Positions 16,808 through 30,796 of a DNA stretch of 64,000 bases are shown here, piece after piece (position 1 is the stretch's first letter; each line of letters opens with the position of its first letter). Origin of the DNA: Eledone cirrhosa (taxonomy: Eukaryota); assembly GCA_964016885.1 (NCBI GenBank), contig OZ024740.1, forward strand, positions 306,218,001 to 306,282,000. Direction: 5' to 3'. The position numbers were made by a program, and so were the translations under genes. Below the pieces are notes generated by a model. The model was not told where the DNA came from, made no database searches, and saw only the letters and a list, made by a program, of their open reading frames with translations.

Positions 16808-17445
16808 CATCATCACCATTTAACATCCCTTTTCCATGCTTGCACATCATGAGATAATTCTGGCCAGCTGGCTGTGCCGTCCCTTGCTCAGGCAGAACTA
16901 TTTTGGCTGGGATTTTTACAGCTGGATGCCCTTCCTTAGACCAACCATGTTTATAGTGTGGAACTGGATGGCACCATTATAAGGAGGGTCTGGCCAGTTA
17001 GCTGCATACACTGCTTACATCAGAATCATATTTGGGAGTTGAGTTGTTACATTATGAGGGAGGTCAGGCCAGTTGGCTGCGCCATGCCTTACTTATAGTG
17101 GATATGTGTTACTGGGTGGTCCTGTTATGAGACGCATCAGGCCAGATGGCCATGCTGTACCATGCCACATTGGGACTGTTATTGTATTTTAGAATCTGGG
17201 TAGTCACATTATGAGGGAGGTTTGGTTTGTTGGCCACAACATGCCTTGCTCATAGTGGGGCCATGTTTGAGCTGGGTTTTTACAGCTGCTGGTCGCCCTT
17301 CTTACCGCCAAGCCAATAACAATGTGAAACTGGGTGGCACTGTTGTGAGACAAGTCTGGTTAGTTTGCTGTGCCATACCTTGTTCAAACAAGACTGTATT
17401 TTGGCTGGGATTTTTACAGCTGGATGCCCTTCCTAATGACAGTGT
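16808..17445 (-). mobile_element. RTE 3' UTR with internal tandem repeats
   Basis: Tail at 16808. The unit gagggaggtctggccagttggctgtgccatgccttgctca recurs several times. Related to 53385-53730. Confidence 0.7.
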
Positions 17446-17850
17446 GCGTATGCTATAGCCACACACCTGGTTGATTTATTCATGGTGTCACACTTTTTTA
17501 ACTTTGTTTACTCTGGACAAAAAAAATGTATTAACTTTTCACATCGTTGAGTGCTTTATGACCACCTCAAACAATTTGATTGGTATCTGCTCTACTGCAG
17601 CTACAACTTCGATTTATAACACACACATACATACATACATATATACACACACATACACACATCTATCTATATATGACACATACCTACATACACCTGACAG
17701 ACATTTAAAAAGATATCCATCTATTTCAATTCTTCAGTCATTAAATTAGCAAATGGATGAGTATTCCACAAACATACATGTAACGTAATTCCAAGGCAGA
17801 ATCGGTACAACGAAACATATGTACCTGGTATGGAGCCATTGTAACTCTCC

Positions 17851-17891
<41 letters not shown>

Positions 17892-17909
17892 CATACATAC
17901 ATAGACAGA

Positions 17910-18250
17910 CATGGTGATGGTGGTGCTATGATAAAATGCACTTAGCTCACTCTGTACAATGTTAGTGCTAGTGCCATGAAAAATACATTCAGCCTACTCT
18001 ATAAAGTTATAGTGCTTGTGCCACAATAAATGCCCCCAGCCCACTCTGTAAAGTGGTAGTGCAGGTGCCATGATAAATACACCTGAAGTGGTTAGCATTA
18101 GGAAGAGCATCCATCTGCAAAAACCATGCCAAAGTGGAATGTATAAGCAGGATGCAATCATCTGACATGTCTGGCCTTAGAACATGACAACCTGTCTAAC
18201 CCATGAAAGCATGGAAAATAAACGTAAAACAGTAATAATGATGATGATGA
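17910..18250 (+). mobile_element. RTE 3' end with short tandem subrepeats
   Basis: Repeated gtgccatgataaatgcac-like units, then ttaggaagagcatcca and a (GAT)n tail. Confidence 0.8.
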
Positions 18251-19828
18251 TTATGGCATACACACACAGAGAAACAAGTGAAGCCAGTAGCTGAATTCCT
18301 TCACTTGATGACTCACCCTACAAAGCTAGAATGTTAGAAGATACCATAACTTTCTTGCACACAAACCTGGTGGTGGAAGAACAACTTTACTGCCAATGAA
18401 GAATTACAATTATCAAATAATGAATTAGTTCTAACGAATATCAAATGAACAGTGTGATGGGATTGGTAATTCTATCAATGTGTGTGTGTGTGTGTATACT
18501 TGTGTTATAAGATGATACCTACATCTGGCCTTCACAATTATATATATATATATATTATATACATATACATACATACACACATATATACATATATGGTATA
18601 TATACACACACACATACATAATACATACATACATACGTTCATGTCTGTGTGTGTCTGTAAATATCCAAACATCACACAAAACAGACATACATATTCTTTT
18701 ATAGAAATTCTTCTTACAGCCATAAACACAAGTGTTAACAGAAAACATAAGCAATGGCTGTACACTAACAACATAGATTAACACAGTCAATATTACACAC
18801 ACACACAAAGAATTTTTTTTTTTTGAAATTCTATATATGAAAATATTTCTTGTCTTTCCATAACACAATTTAAGGGTAGGTTCAGGGTAGGTTCTAAAAG
18901 GAACATGTAGGTCTGACAACCAAGCCCTGATTTCATCTCATTCAGTTAGTTTTAGATATTAGAGTGTTAATTCATGCACTATTATAGTGCTTTCTGTAAT
19001 ATCCCTCCATATTATTTAATATTAGATAATCATATATTACTACTGTATATGTACACACATACACACATACCTGTGTGTGTGTGTGTGTGTGAGAGTGCGT
19101 GTGTGCACGAGAGTATGTGTGTGTGCGAGAGAGTGTGTATGTGCGTGCGAGAGAGAGAGTGTGCATGCGAAAGAGAGTGGGTGTGTGAAAGAGAGTGGGT
19201 GTGAGTTATGCTATGGATTTTCACTGAGTATTCTATGGATAGAAGTTTCAGGAAATAGGTTTCCCAGGAAGAGCAATCTACACATGTCATGTGTACATGG
19301 AGATGGGATAGAGTAAAAAAAGATTTGATGCTTGCTTGCTTTCAAATTAGTTCTACATTCACATGCATCTTGCCACCTCTGTGAGCTAATCGTATCACTC
19401 TCACTCTCTCTCCTCCCACAGACCACACTACCATTAACACCAACCTGTAAACCTGCCTACTGCCATCTTTGGAACTTCATGCTGCCACCCAGCACCTCTC
19501 ACAACCATACCTAGCTATTATCAAACACAAAACAACAACAAATAACAGAATTAGGGAGAAAATAAATCAGCAACAGCAAGTATGTTTTTTGGCACCAGAA
19601 ACATACTGCTGCAAGGAAATACCATCACCTGAGAACACAGCAACACACACACCACTCTCTCTCCCCCACCCTCTACTTGGTGAAATAGTGGAAACTGAAA
19701 ATATAATTATAAGACAACAAGAAAAGAGAAGTGTTAACATGTATGCCTTTCCCCAGATAGTAAAAATAAAAGAATTGCTAGATTTTATTTTTCTAGAACT
19801 TTCCACTCTGTCATTTAATTATTATTAG

Positions 19829-20125
19829 GAGGTTAACTTTGCCTTTCATCCTTACGGGGTCGATAAAATAAAGTACCAGTAATGTACTGGGTAATTGATG
19901 GCCTTGTGCCAAAAGTAGAAACAATTATTAGAGGGGTGGATTGGCAGTATCGGTAGCGGGTCGGACGCCATGCTTTGCAGCACAGAGTCACGCCTCTTTA
20001 CGGTCTGAATTCAAATCCCGCCGAGGTTAACTTTGCCTTTAATCCTTATGGGGTTGATGAAATGAAGCACCAGTAATGCACTGGGGTAATTGCTAGCCTT
20101 ATGCCAAAAGTAGAAACAATTATTA
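19829..20125 (+). mobile_element. Head-to-tail dimer of SINE family A (truncated copy plus full copy)
   Basis: 19829-19930 is the 3' half. 19931-20125 is a full copy with A box tggcagtatcgg, B box gaattcaaatcc and an (ATT)n tail. Confidence 0.93.
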
Positions 20126-20339
20126 GAATTATTAGAATGCCTAAAAAAAAAAATCCCTTGTAACATTTAGTTACATCCATTTATATTTTGTGTTCAACTA
20201 TCACTGCTGTTTACGTTGTTTTTCATCATTTTATGGACAATAAAATAAGCACCATTCAATGAGTAGTCATTGCTACTAGTTTAACACCAGTACCCTGTTC
20301 TTGGTTTCCTTTAGAACTCACTCTACTCTCAGGTGTTGA

Positions 20340-20568
20340 ATAATGTGTTGGTATGGACATGTGATGCACATGGACAATGATCATTGGGTGAAGACATGCC
20401 AAAAAATGCCAGTGGAAAGAAGTCACAGTAGAGGTAGACCAAGAAAGACCTGGGCAGAGGTTGTGAGAGCTGACCTCAAAGTACCGCGATGTGTGGAGAG
20501 ATGCTGTGCTGAAAAGGACTTGTCCAACCCATGCAAGCGTGGAAAAGCGGATGTAAAAATGATGATGA
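20340..20568 (+). mobile_element. RTE LINE C-terminus joined to its 3' tail
   Basis: WYGHVMHMDNDHWVKTCQKMPVERSHSRGRPRKTWAEVVRADLK followed by tccaacccatgcaagcgtggaaaagcggatgtaaaaatgatgatga. Confidence 0.9.
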
Positions 20569-21721
20569 GAGGGGGGAAGAGAAAGAGAGAGGTTTATAAT
20601 TGATTGAACTGGCTTTAGTACATTGTATTGACACTAGACGAATGCATGACAAAACTGACCCTAGGTGGGTACAAATTGAAATACTGTAAAGCATTTTTCT
20701 CTAAGTTAGTTAAAGAAAAAATAGTGCCTATGACACTTTTTAGGGCCTCCAAGATTAGTGGGAGGTAAGGAGGACCATAACCTCAAATCAGAAACTTGTT
20801 CAGAATGTTTGCAACAAAGTGAATGTCACAAAAGGCAGCAAAGAGATAGATCAACCACAGTATATTATGATATTAACCCTTAGTAGACGACAGGGCCAAT
20901 CTATTGGCCGGATAATACAAGCCTCAAGATTAGCTGGCTGATCTTCATACCAGCCAGTCAGATTGCTTCTTGCACATCTGGGCCTTTCAATGGCAGCTTC
21001 CATGATAATTTGCTGTGTTCTGTATCATGCACTTTATTTTTTTTTTTTTTGAAAAATAAGTGCATGCCTTCTGTAGAGGAGTGAAAGATATGGTTGGCAT
21101 TGATTGGATTTGAACTCAAAATATTGAGGAATAAATTTACTGTGCCATGCTGAAGTACAAAATAGGGAATGAAAATAATGCCTAAAGTATGAACATTTCT
21201 TTAAGATTTTTTAAACATATTCTAACATTTCATTATATTTTATCTTTCTGTGTGTGTGTGCAAGGCAGAGAATGTGTATGCAAAAAAACTATGTGCGTGT
21301 GTGAAGGTGAGAGAGGTATGCGTTGTAAATATGTTACTAGATCAACAGAACCAATGCACTACACTAAATCAGGTGGTGAGAGAGGGGAGGGGCACCAGGG
21401 AGAGGAGGGTTGCAGATTTTAACAATCCCCACTTGTCTCTGTGTTATCTGATGTCACTTTGACATCTGAAAACCATTTATTTGAACATACATTACACACA
21501 TAAGTACACATGTACAATCTTAAAGGGAAAAAAATGTATTTCTGTCACTTGTGCATATGTTACTGCCTTGATGCATATTCTAACATCCAAATGAAGAATG
21601 AACATGTTAGAACTATTGACGACAAGTATTTCTACATACAACCCCTTACTGCTAGACTACTTCTCTACAACATATTTTTTCACTATTTTACACTACTCTA
21701 TTACATAGAAACAATATCTTC

Positions 21722-21922
21722 TGCTTCGCCCACTTATTCCTGAGAGGGTTGTGAGGGCAGTCCTCAAAGACCTCTTCCAGCGGGTCTTGTCAGAAGCAAT
21801 TGTCTCCAACTGATCCGGCTGGATCCCCAAGCAAGATCAACCTAGCTCATGGATGTCATCCAACCATCTTGCTTGGGGTCTACCTCTATATCTCTCGCCA
21901 GTTAGTTTTGCCCGTAGAAACA
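21722..21922 (-). mobile_element. Expander/Rex3-like RTE LINE 3' end
   Basis: The - strand reads FLRAKLTGERYRGRPQARWLDDIHELG*SCLGIQPDQLETIASDKTRWKRSL. Confidence 0.85.
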
Positions 21923-22788
21923 GTATCTACAAGAACAATGTGCTTCCAAAGGCTGCCTTAAGTTCTGCTGTTTGTTTGTACATCAAAGTGAACTTGTATT
22001 ATTACTAAACTTTCTTTAATTTTATAAGTTCTTAAATTAAATAATTGAGTTTAAATTAAAACTAATATGAAATAATGTAAATGAAATTTCATATCATTAT
22101 CACCGTCTAATATCTATTTTCCATGCTTGCATGAGTTAGACAGGTTATGTTATGAGGATAAGTGGGTCAGATGACCATGACAGGGTGAATCGGGTGCTTT
22201 TATGTCATGGTATCAGAATGACCAAGTTACAGGGTGGACTGAGTACTTTTTGTTGTTGTGACACCAGCAAGACAAATATTTGGAGGTATTAAGTAGTATA
22301 ACTTACTCAGTATAAAGCTGGTGTTTAGAACAAAGGTTTTTTTTATATAAAATTATGATGGAAAATTCAAATTTAAATACCAACACTTAAAAACAAGCAG
22401 TTTTGTAGCATAAAGGCAGAGGTGGTTTCAAGCAGTTTAGTATCAAACGAATTAAACCTTATCAAACTCATATACACCTCATATTTGAATCTACTACTCA
22501 CCATCCTACACTCGTAACATAGGACAATCTCTTTTAATTGTTTTTATCTAAACTCCATTCATAAATCCTCTTCCTCTGAAAATGTGAAAGGCCTTTTAAA
22601 TGACTCAGTTCATTTATCTATCATGGCAGCTAGGTGAAGTGAGTCAATCTAGAATAAAGTGTTTAGCTCCAGAAAATAACCAAATATCTATAACAAATTT
22701 GGAACCATGACCTATGAGCAAGTAGTCCCATACCCTACCCACCCAGTTATTTTGCTTCTCTTCATTTCTACAGTTTCCTCTCTAACTA

Positions 22789-23080
22789 TTAACCTTTTTA
22801 TTACCATATTTCTAATGAAATACTCTTTATTTTAATTAATGAAGGACATGGAGGGATTTTCTAAAAGTATTAATTATTTCCTTACTAAGATATTAACTCA
22901 ATGTAAGGTTCTTATTTAAAATTATGTTGGAAGATTTTAATTTAAATTGGAAACCTAACCTTTAAAATGGATGGTTTTATTTCATAGCACCAGGGTTGGT
23001 TTTACGAAAATTATTAATTATTTCATCACTAAGTAACTTAAAGTGAGGTTCTTATATAAAATTATGTTGGAAGTATTTAT
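22789..23080. mobile_element. piggyBac-type MITE family 2, partial, with an internal duplication
   Basis: ttaacctttt start, interior matches the 23935 and 30564 copies. About 70 bp is duplicated (22868-22941 vs 23013-23080). Confidence 0.7.
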
Positions 23081-23934
23081 ATGGACCTTTACTCTGTTTC
23101 CTATCCTTCTGGTGTTGATTAAAAATAGGTACTATATATTTATTGATAGGTGTGGATGACTATTGACTATGTTCCTCCCCTTGAGCCCAAATAAATCAAT
23201 ACCAACTACACTAATAACATCTAGTTGTCCCAATTTCTTAGAGTAACCAACAATACTAGAAAAGTTACATGTGCCGACCTTCTTTTCAGAAAAATGAAGC
23301 TAACAGACTGGAAAATTGTAATTACAACAACACATTTCAAAAATTTAGACATGAACTAGTTGAATAGTCAGTCTTAACATATAATCTAAGCTATAAAATA
23401 TATCTGCTTCAATGAATCATCTAAAATTTCAAAATATCAATTTTTTTTTTAAACTGAGCTACATTTATTAAATTGAGGTTAAAAAAAACAAATTAAAAAA
23501 ACAGGCAAAGTAAAAACATTCTTGAAAAAGATCTTTCCTTATAAAGGAATTATTATTTCCTTCACCTAATTTTCCATCTCTGTCCAAACTGACCTTTCTA
23601 ATTTGGCTTAACATAATCTACTACCACAAAGATAAACTCTGAATCTCAGCATGTTAATCTTCAGTCAGTATAATATTTTAAGTAGCTTATAGCAGTGAGG
23701 ATGATAAAGAATAATTAGACCACTGACCAAGTAAATGTCTGTCCTATGATATACTATTGTTTCTTAGTTTGACTTTCTGTTGCTAGATGATTAAGTCAAT
23801 TACTTGACCCTTTCGTGACCAGAGAGCAGTGGTCAAACATTTATAACCTGCCAAAACACTTCTCTGATTAAGGATCCTGGCAAAACACTCTTTTCTCTTG
23901 AAAGTACATAAATACATTAATTTGATTTTTGTGC

Positions 23935-24382
23935 TTTACTCTTTCATGACCGCATTTCTAATGGAATACACCCTATTTCAATTTATTTATGAAGAATTTT
24001 GAAGGATTTACTAAAATTATTAATTATTTTATTACTAAGATAGTAACTTAATTGTTTCTACTTTTAGGCACAAGGCCAGCAATTACCCAGTGTATTACTG
24101 GTACTTTATTTTATCGACCCTGTAAGGATGAAAGGCAAAGTCAACCTCGGCGGGATTTGAACTCAGATCGTAAAGGGACGTAACTATGCTGGAAAGCATG
24201 GCGTCCGACTCTCTACCGATACTGCCAATCCACCGCCCTACTAAGATAGTAACTTAATGTTAGGTTATTATATAAAAATTATGTTAGAAGATTTTAATAT
24301 AAATTGGAAACCTTTAAAATGGGTGGCTTTATTTCAGAGAACCAGAGTCAGTTTTGGGTCGGGTTGGTAACAAAAGGGTTAA
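23935..24382. mobile_element. piggyBac-type MITE family 2, interrupted by SINE A
   Basis: Ends in aaaagggTTAA. The interior is homologous to the 30564, 61171 and 63457 copies. Confidence 0.8.
24053..24238 (-). mobile_element. Full-length SINE family A with a perfect 20-bp TSD
   Basis: TSD tactaagatagtaacttaat at 24033-24052 and 24239-24258. Confidence 0.95.
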
Positions 24383-26293
24383 GAATACAAATTATAAATT
24401 CAAAGCTTTGGTGGCCTTCTGAAGTTACTTTTTACCCATTCCCATTTTTCCATAGCAAAATGTTTAGTTTTCTTATAGCTCAGATTAGCTGGATAAGCTA
24501 CCAGCTGCTTGGAGAAAAATTGAAATAAAGAGAAGATTAAATAGATAGTGATAAAGAATTAATTAATTCTTTTATGACACATCATTGTCATCATTTAACA
24601 TCTGTTATTTCTGTTCACAAGGGTCTTCACAGACCAAGTCAGTACTCAAGTGGGACTGGGCTGGTGGTCTGTATTTTACTTACAGTCCAGTGTTCTACTG
24701 TGAGCATTGTATCATGATACCAGTGCTAGAAAGGTTGTCATGTCTTTCATTATTCTGTGAATTTTATATAATAAAGTTATTTTTTTGCACAAGCTTTTAT
24801 TTTCCTATTGTACAATATAAAGGTATGAAGTTTATTGTATAAAACTTTAATAACTTTACAAAAATAGATCTACTTGGTTTCCAAGATTTTTAAGGCACAC
24901 ATTTCATTCAATTTGTATGTTAAATAAAAACCTGTTACATTTGAAAGTTGGTGCTATTGCTGCCTGCTAAAATAAAGTAAACAAATATTCAAGAAAGTTG
25001 TTGAAACTTTTATGAAATGGTAAAAAAAAAAAATTATTATGTAATAGAATTGGGAAACAAAAACTATATTCTAAATGACACTTAAAAATGTTTCAGATAT
25101 CAAATATTGAATCTCCATAAAATATTCTTCACTTGTAGCAGTTTACAAAACTGCACCATTTAAACATGTTAACTAGCTGCCTCATCTTATACACAGGGGT
25201 TCAGGATTTTTTCACATTTTCAGACATAAAATGGGAGAAGGGGTAACTTATACATGAGTATATAAGGTAAATTTCAAGACCCACAATATAACTCCTGATA
25301 ATATCCATACTTCCAATACAATTTTATAACAAAGCTGTAGTCATAAGTGACACTCATGCTACAACTAATATAGATAAAACTGAGCTAGGTATGTCATGCT
25401 GGGGCAAAATTGTAGCAGATACACACAGATAGATTAATACACAATAATTAGGAAATTCTACAAATGGAAGTACATTTATCTATGTACATATACAACGATA
25501 AACAAACAGGATTATACATCATCATTTAATATGTTTCTTCCACTAGCAAGGTTTGGGTGGATTATTACAGATCAAATCAGTACTCACTCAGAACTACTGA
25601 CCTCTCAGACAGGACAGGAACCTGTTTATCTCATATACATTCCTGTACTCTGCAGAGTGTACCAAGTTCATTTTATCCTGGTACCAGCACTGTAAAGGTT
25701 GTCATGTCTTCAATATAGCTGAAGAATCCTCCCAACCCTTTGATTAGTTGGTTTTCTATGGCTGGATGCCCTTCCTATTACAAACCACTTTACAGGTGTA
25801 CTGGGTGTGTTATACATTTAGATCACTAACACTATACACACACACAAAAGGGCCGGGAGGATCCGCAGTTGTGTCAAAGACATAACCACTCTCTATGCAC
25901 TTGGTGGAGTGTCGACTGTATATAAAGCTAGACACAGATCCCTGGCCTGCCTGCCTGGGAGATCAGTGGCTCCACTTCAGTACAGACTTAGTCTATGTAG
26001 ACCCGTCCAACCCTTGCTAGCTGGGAAAGTAGACATTAACCCTTTTATTTGAAATTATCAGATATCCAACAATGTGTGATAAGTCCAGCTAACATTTCAG
26101 GATTGTGGAAATTGCTTTCTAAAACCATTAACAGATAAAGTGAAACAGCTTCAACTGGGGAACACACCTGGATGACAGACCCAGCTTGCCAAGAGCAAGT
26201 CAACTAAGCAACAACACTTGCTCCACACATGTACTTCAGTGTGTAATTGCATGGGTATATACATATATTTATGTGTATGTGTGTAAAAATCAC

Positions 26294-26345
<52 letters not shown>

Positions 26346-26599
26346 CATACATGTGTGTGTTTGCACATGTAAATGTTACACACAGCAAGCCATTTTTACT
26401 TTTATCGACACAGTAATGAGTTAGTATTTTCTAGCTCTCTGGACATTTGGTAAAGATACTGGTCAACTTAAACTTAGCAGGTGAAGCAGATGTTATGATG
26501 ATGATGATGGTGACTGGTCAACTGAAGTTTCTACATTTATGAAGAGAGCCATAAACATCATAACTTCCACCACCAGCCCTTATAAACCTGAGATCTACT

Positions 26600-26705
26600 G
26601 TATTTGCTTGGGGATCTAGCTGGATCAATTGGAGATGATTGCTTCCGATAAGACCCTCTGGGAGGTGTGTCAGAGGACTGCCTCCATGACCCTCCCAGGA
26701 TGAGA
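26600..26705 (+). mobile_element. Third copy of the Expander-like RTE 3' tail
   Basis: tgcttggggatctagctggatcaattggagatgattgcttccgataagacc matches the reverse complement of 21780-21835. Confidence 0.75.
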
Positions 26706-27299
26706 GGGAGGAGGAGTGTCCCTTTTTCATGTTTTTATTTAGTTCAAAAATAGACTGGAGTTATCTATGTATCATTCTCACCCATCCTCAACATTCATAA
26801 ACTATGTGGCATGTACTAGATTCAATTCAATTGAAATTTGCACCTCATACTGTAAATTAGTTAGTGTTACAAGGTTGCAACATATAGGAGGCTTCTCAGG
26901 TGTTTTAATGATAGGGACCTCGATGAATAGAATGTGTAAAAATTATTTCAATGTGAAAAAAAAAACAAAAACCATCATTATTGTCATAATCAGTAGAGCG
27001 TCTGGCAAAATGCTTTGCAGTGTTTAGTTATATCCCTTTATGTTTTGTGTTCCTATCCTGCTGAGGTTGACTTTACTTTTTCAACTTTCTAGGGTCAAAT
27101 TAACTACCAATCAAATACTGAGGTTCATATAATGAACTATGCCCTCCCCTCAAGACTACCTTTGTACTTGTTAGAAATTATTATTCACACATTATCATTA
27201 ACACCTAAACCAATATCCTATTACAGGAAGGTCCCCTTCCAATAGCTAAACAATAAAGCCAAATAAGGACAAAAGAAAGAAAGAGATCATTGAACTAAC

Positions 27300-27378
27300 C
27301 TGTAAGCAGGGGGAATACACATATATTCAGTGAGCAGAAACAATCAGGAAGAGGTGTTGCATTGAAAAGCAACGGCAT
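27300..27378 (-). CDS. Candidate alternative first coding exon (MPLLFNATPLPDCFCSLNICVFPLLT + G)
   Basis: ATG at 27378, open to donor CAG|GTTAGT, phase 1, in non-repetitive sequence. The same CAG could instead be an acceptor. Confidence 0.25.
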
Positions 27379-28628
27379 TTCAAGAATGTCAACCTACTGC
27401 TCTGACACCACCCAAACACTTCCCACCTGCTCACCTACTGGTTTAGACAGCAGGAGACTATAGCCAGGGTCATAGTCAACTTGGCTGAAGTACTATGAAT
27501 GTGAGTGTGTATATATGTATGTGTGTGTATCAAATTGTGTTTTAAACACCCTAGCATAGAGATAAGAGATGTCAACAGTGAGTGTTATTACCTGTTCAAA
27601 GAGAGAAAGACAAGCAAGGAGAGAGAGAGAGGGGGTGGAGACAGAGAGGAGAAAAGTGTGTGTAAAGACAAGTAAAATGGGAAGATGATAAAGAGAAACA
27701 AAAAACAGTGAGAGATGAAGAGACTAAAGTATAAGAGATTATTTTGCCCCCTAATATTATATTTAAGGCTTTTACCTAGAATAACTGTAGTGGTGGTGAT
27801 AATGGTTGTTGAAAATGTATGACCCCAGTCAACTCTAGATTGAGCGTAGTCAGTCAAACAGTTGTGATCAGTTATTGAGAATCACACTACAAACAGATCA
27901 ATTATTGCAGATCACACAACAGTAAAAGTGGTATTTACCCCTCAATGAGCTCTTGGTGAGTAAACTTATGATTGATGGTGCTTCCATCCCATCTTTATTT
28001 CAGATAGTGTATCTAGGACTTTTTTAAGATGGGAGGGTATTATTTGAAAGAGACTTGGCTGCTATTTCTAGCAGGTCAAACAACCATGCAGTCCTTCCTT
28101 TTTTTTTTTGCACATAAAAAGCTTTGTAGTAGGTGATGGTATTGCTGAAATGATAGTTGTGGTTTTGCTAGTGGCAGAGTGTGGATGTAAGACTGTTTGT
28201 AATGTGTACTGGTAGTGCTAGCTATACTATCTGTGGTAACAATTGTACATATAGTGCTCCCTCCACCACAATTAGTATTGTTGCTATGGTGGTAGTAATA
28301 AAGCAAAGTCTGTGATATCAGTATGAAAAATGCATTTGTGTGTGTTGTGACTGCATAGTAAAGTTCACTATAAAATCTGTCGCTGTTATTTTATAAATAA
28401 ACAGGCCAAATTAATAGAAGTGTCACTAATAACCTGAAACATTTTTTGGCTTTGTACACATATTCAGCAGAAAATGTAATATTTCAGCATACAAAATTCA
28501 TTATTACTAATACTATTGTTAGATCTTTAGAGCCAGTATAACATCTTAATTCCTTTCTAAGACCTAACTATATTTTTAAAATGTTAAAATAGTTAAATAA
28601 TCATTTTCTTCTTCACCACAAAATTCTT

Positions 28629-28860
28629 TTAATCCTTTCATTACCTATTTCTAATGACAAACACTGCCTATAATTTTCAAATCATTTTGAAAATAATCAA
28701 GAATATGGAGTGATTTAGTAATATAACTAACTTTCTCATTAAGCTTGCATTTGGAATAAAGGTTCTTAGATGAAATCTTGATGGAAGGAGTTTAGATAAA
28801 TATAAACAGTTAAGTAAAACCTGCAGCAATTTCAGGTGGTTTGGTAATGAAAAATGTTAA
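28629..28860. mobile_element. piggyBac-type MITE family 2, degraded
   Basis: TTAA at both ends, with decayed TIRs tcctttcattacc / ggtaatgaaaaatg. Confidence 0.7.
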
Positions 28861-30563
28861 TGATATAATCCTAGTTATTAATTTTGTATACATCCTGACA
28901 AACACAAGATAAGTCTAACATGGTAGTCTATGTTAAAATTATGATTTAGTGTTCCAAGATCAAGCTGTCTCATTGCTTTCAGATCTTTTGCTCATAGACC
29001 AGTTACTGAAAACCACTAAAGGGAGAAGTACAGCTTATAAATAGACTTTCCGAAACTCTTTCCTTACTTCAATAACATTTTCAAACATACTAAAATACAT
29101 ACAAGAATATTACCAAAATAGCTAGTTTCTAATTTGATCTAAGCAAACCTGTTTCCTAAGCTAAAATGGATGCAAAATAGTTGGACTGTCATACTGCATC
29201 CCACATTAGTAACAGCTGTATATGGTTACTCATTCTGTTTGAATTAATAGACAAACCCACACACCCCTGCCATCTTTTGCTAAGCCAGTGGATAATTATA
29301 CTGCACTGCACAATATTCAGAAAATATGCACCAGAGAAATGAAAAACATCTTCAACAAGATTTAGGACAGTGGGGCACAATCATAATACATCTAGTTTAG
29401 TTCTACATGAACACTGCCAGTTCACACATATGGAACTCATTCAATTGCAAAATCACTGCTTTTGTAAGATACTATTATATTACTGGTACATGTAGGGATA
29501 AGAAAATAAGCAAAGTCAAAAGCAAACTATTAGATACTATATAACATCCAATTCAAGCTACATAACCCAGATGCCTTTAAGTTATCCAACAACAACAGTA
29601 AGTAGTGATGCTTTCAATGCCAATAAAAATGGTGATGTTTACTGTTAAGTAAGACAGATCGTCAGTGATGCTTGAAGTCATTAATTAGTTAGCTAATAAA
29701 GCTGAAAATACCATAAAGCTAACTAACCAGGTTTATAAATGATGAGATATGAAGTATTTTTATTGTCAATATTAGCATAGCACCCCCACAACAGTTGAGG
29801 GTAGGTAGGGGTGGAGGATACTGTGACAGGGGAGTGTCAAGGGCAATAGCCTGAAAGCATTTCATTGCACAGATTGGAATTCATAAAAAAGATAAAAATA
29901 AAATAGAAAGCTAACGAATGAAGAATAACTAAGTGAAGACTATATCAAAATAAGCAGAAAATACTTTAAGATTAGATAAGAAAGTTTGTGTTGCCAAGTG
30001 TTGGCAGCAATCAGTATTAATTAGTAACACTAATTAGTAAATATCAGTTGGCTCAAAACACTACCATCACTACTAATAGATATCAGAGTATATCATCACT
30101 ACCAATGATGACAACACTACCAACAGGGGGTGATGATGGCCAAATGGAAGGAATCTCAAAATAGTTGGTTAACATGATGAAGATAGAAGTCAAATTTTCC
30201 TCAAGCCACACTGTACTATCTTAGAAACGGGATACATTGGGCTATGAAGTCAAAAGACATACAAAAAAAAAAAAAGAAGAAAAATGGTCATAGCTAGAAC
30301 ACTGAGCTGGGGGCTAAACCAAAATAGCCCCTATTCAAGCCACCTACACAATGAAACACAAAATACTTAACATATAATATCCCATAGCTATGTTTCATTA
30401 AACCCACTATGACTATAGTGTGATGTATATCATTAGATATAAATACATAAGGACAACGACTGAATCCACTTTGCCCACTTCTGCTTTAAACACCACCATA
30501 ATCTACAAATATAGAGGATGAATGGAGAAAACCTCACACACTCAAATTGTCATCATGCATCAC

Positions 30564-30796
30564 TTAACTTCCGAACCCGGCCCAAACCAGCTCTAGTTCT
30601 ATGAAATAAAACCATCCATTTTAAAGGTTTCCAATTTAAATTTAAAACTTCCAACATAATTTTATATAAGAACCTTACAGTAAGTTACTATTTTAGTAAT
30701 AAAATGATAAATTATTTGAGTAAATCCTTCAACATTCTTTATTGATTAATTAAAATAGGGTGTATTTCATTGGAAATAAGGTCTTGAAAGGGTTAA
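30564..30796. mobile_element. piggyBac-type MITE family 2
   Basis: Ends gaaagggTTAA. Reverse-complement match to 23935-24382 without the SINE. Confidence 0.8.

Noticed and set aside
19511-19628. Possible - strand exon (ctcag|...ag|gtatgg)
   Set aside because: The ATG-initiated frame stops before the donor. It could be non-coding, but nothing in the sequence supports that.
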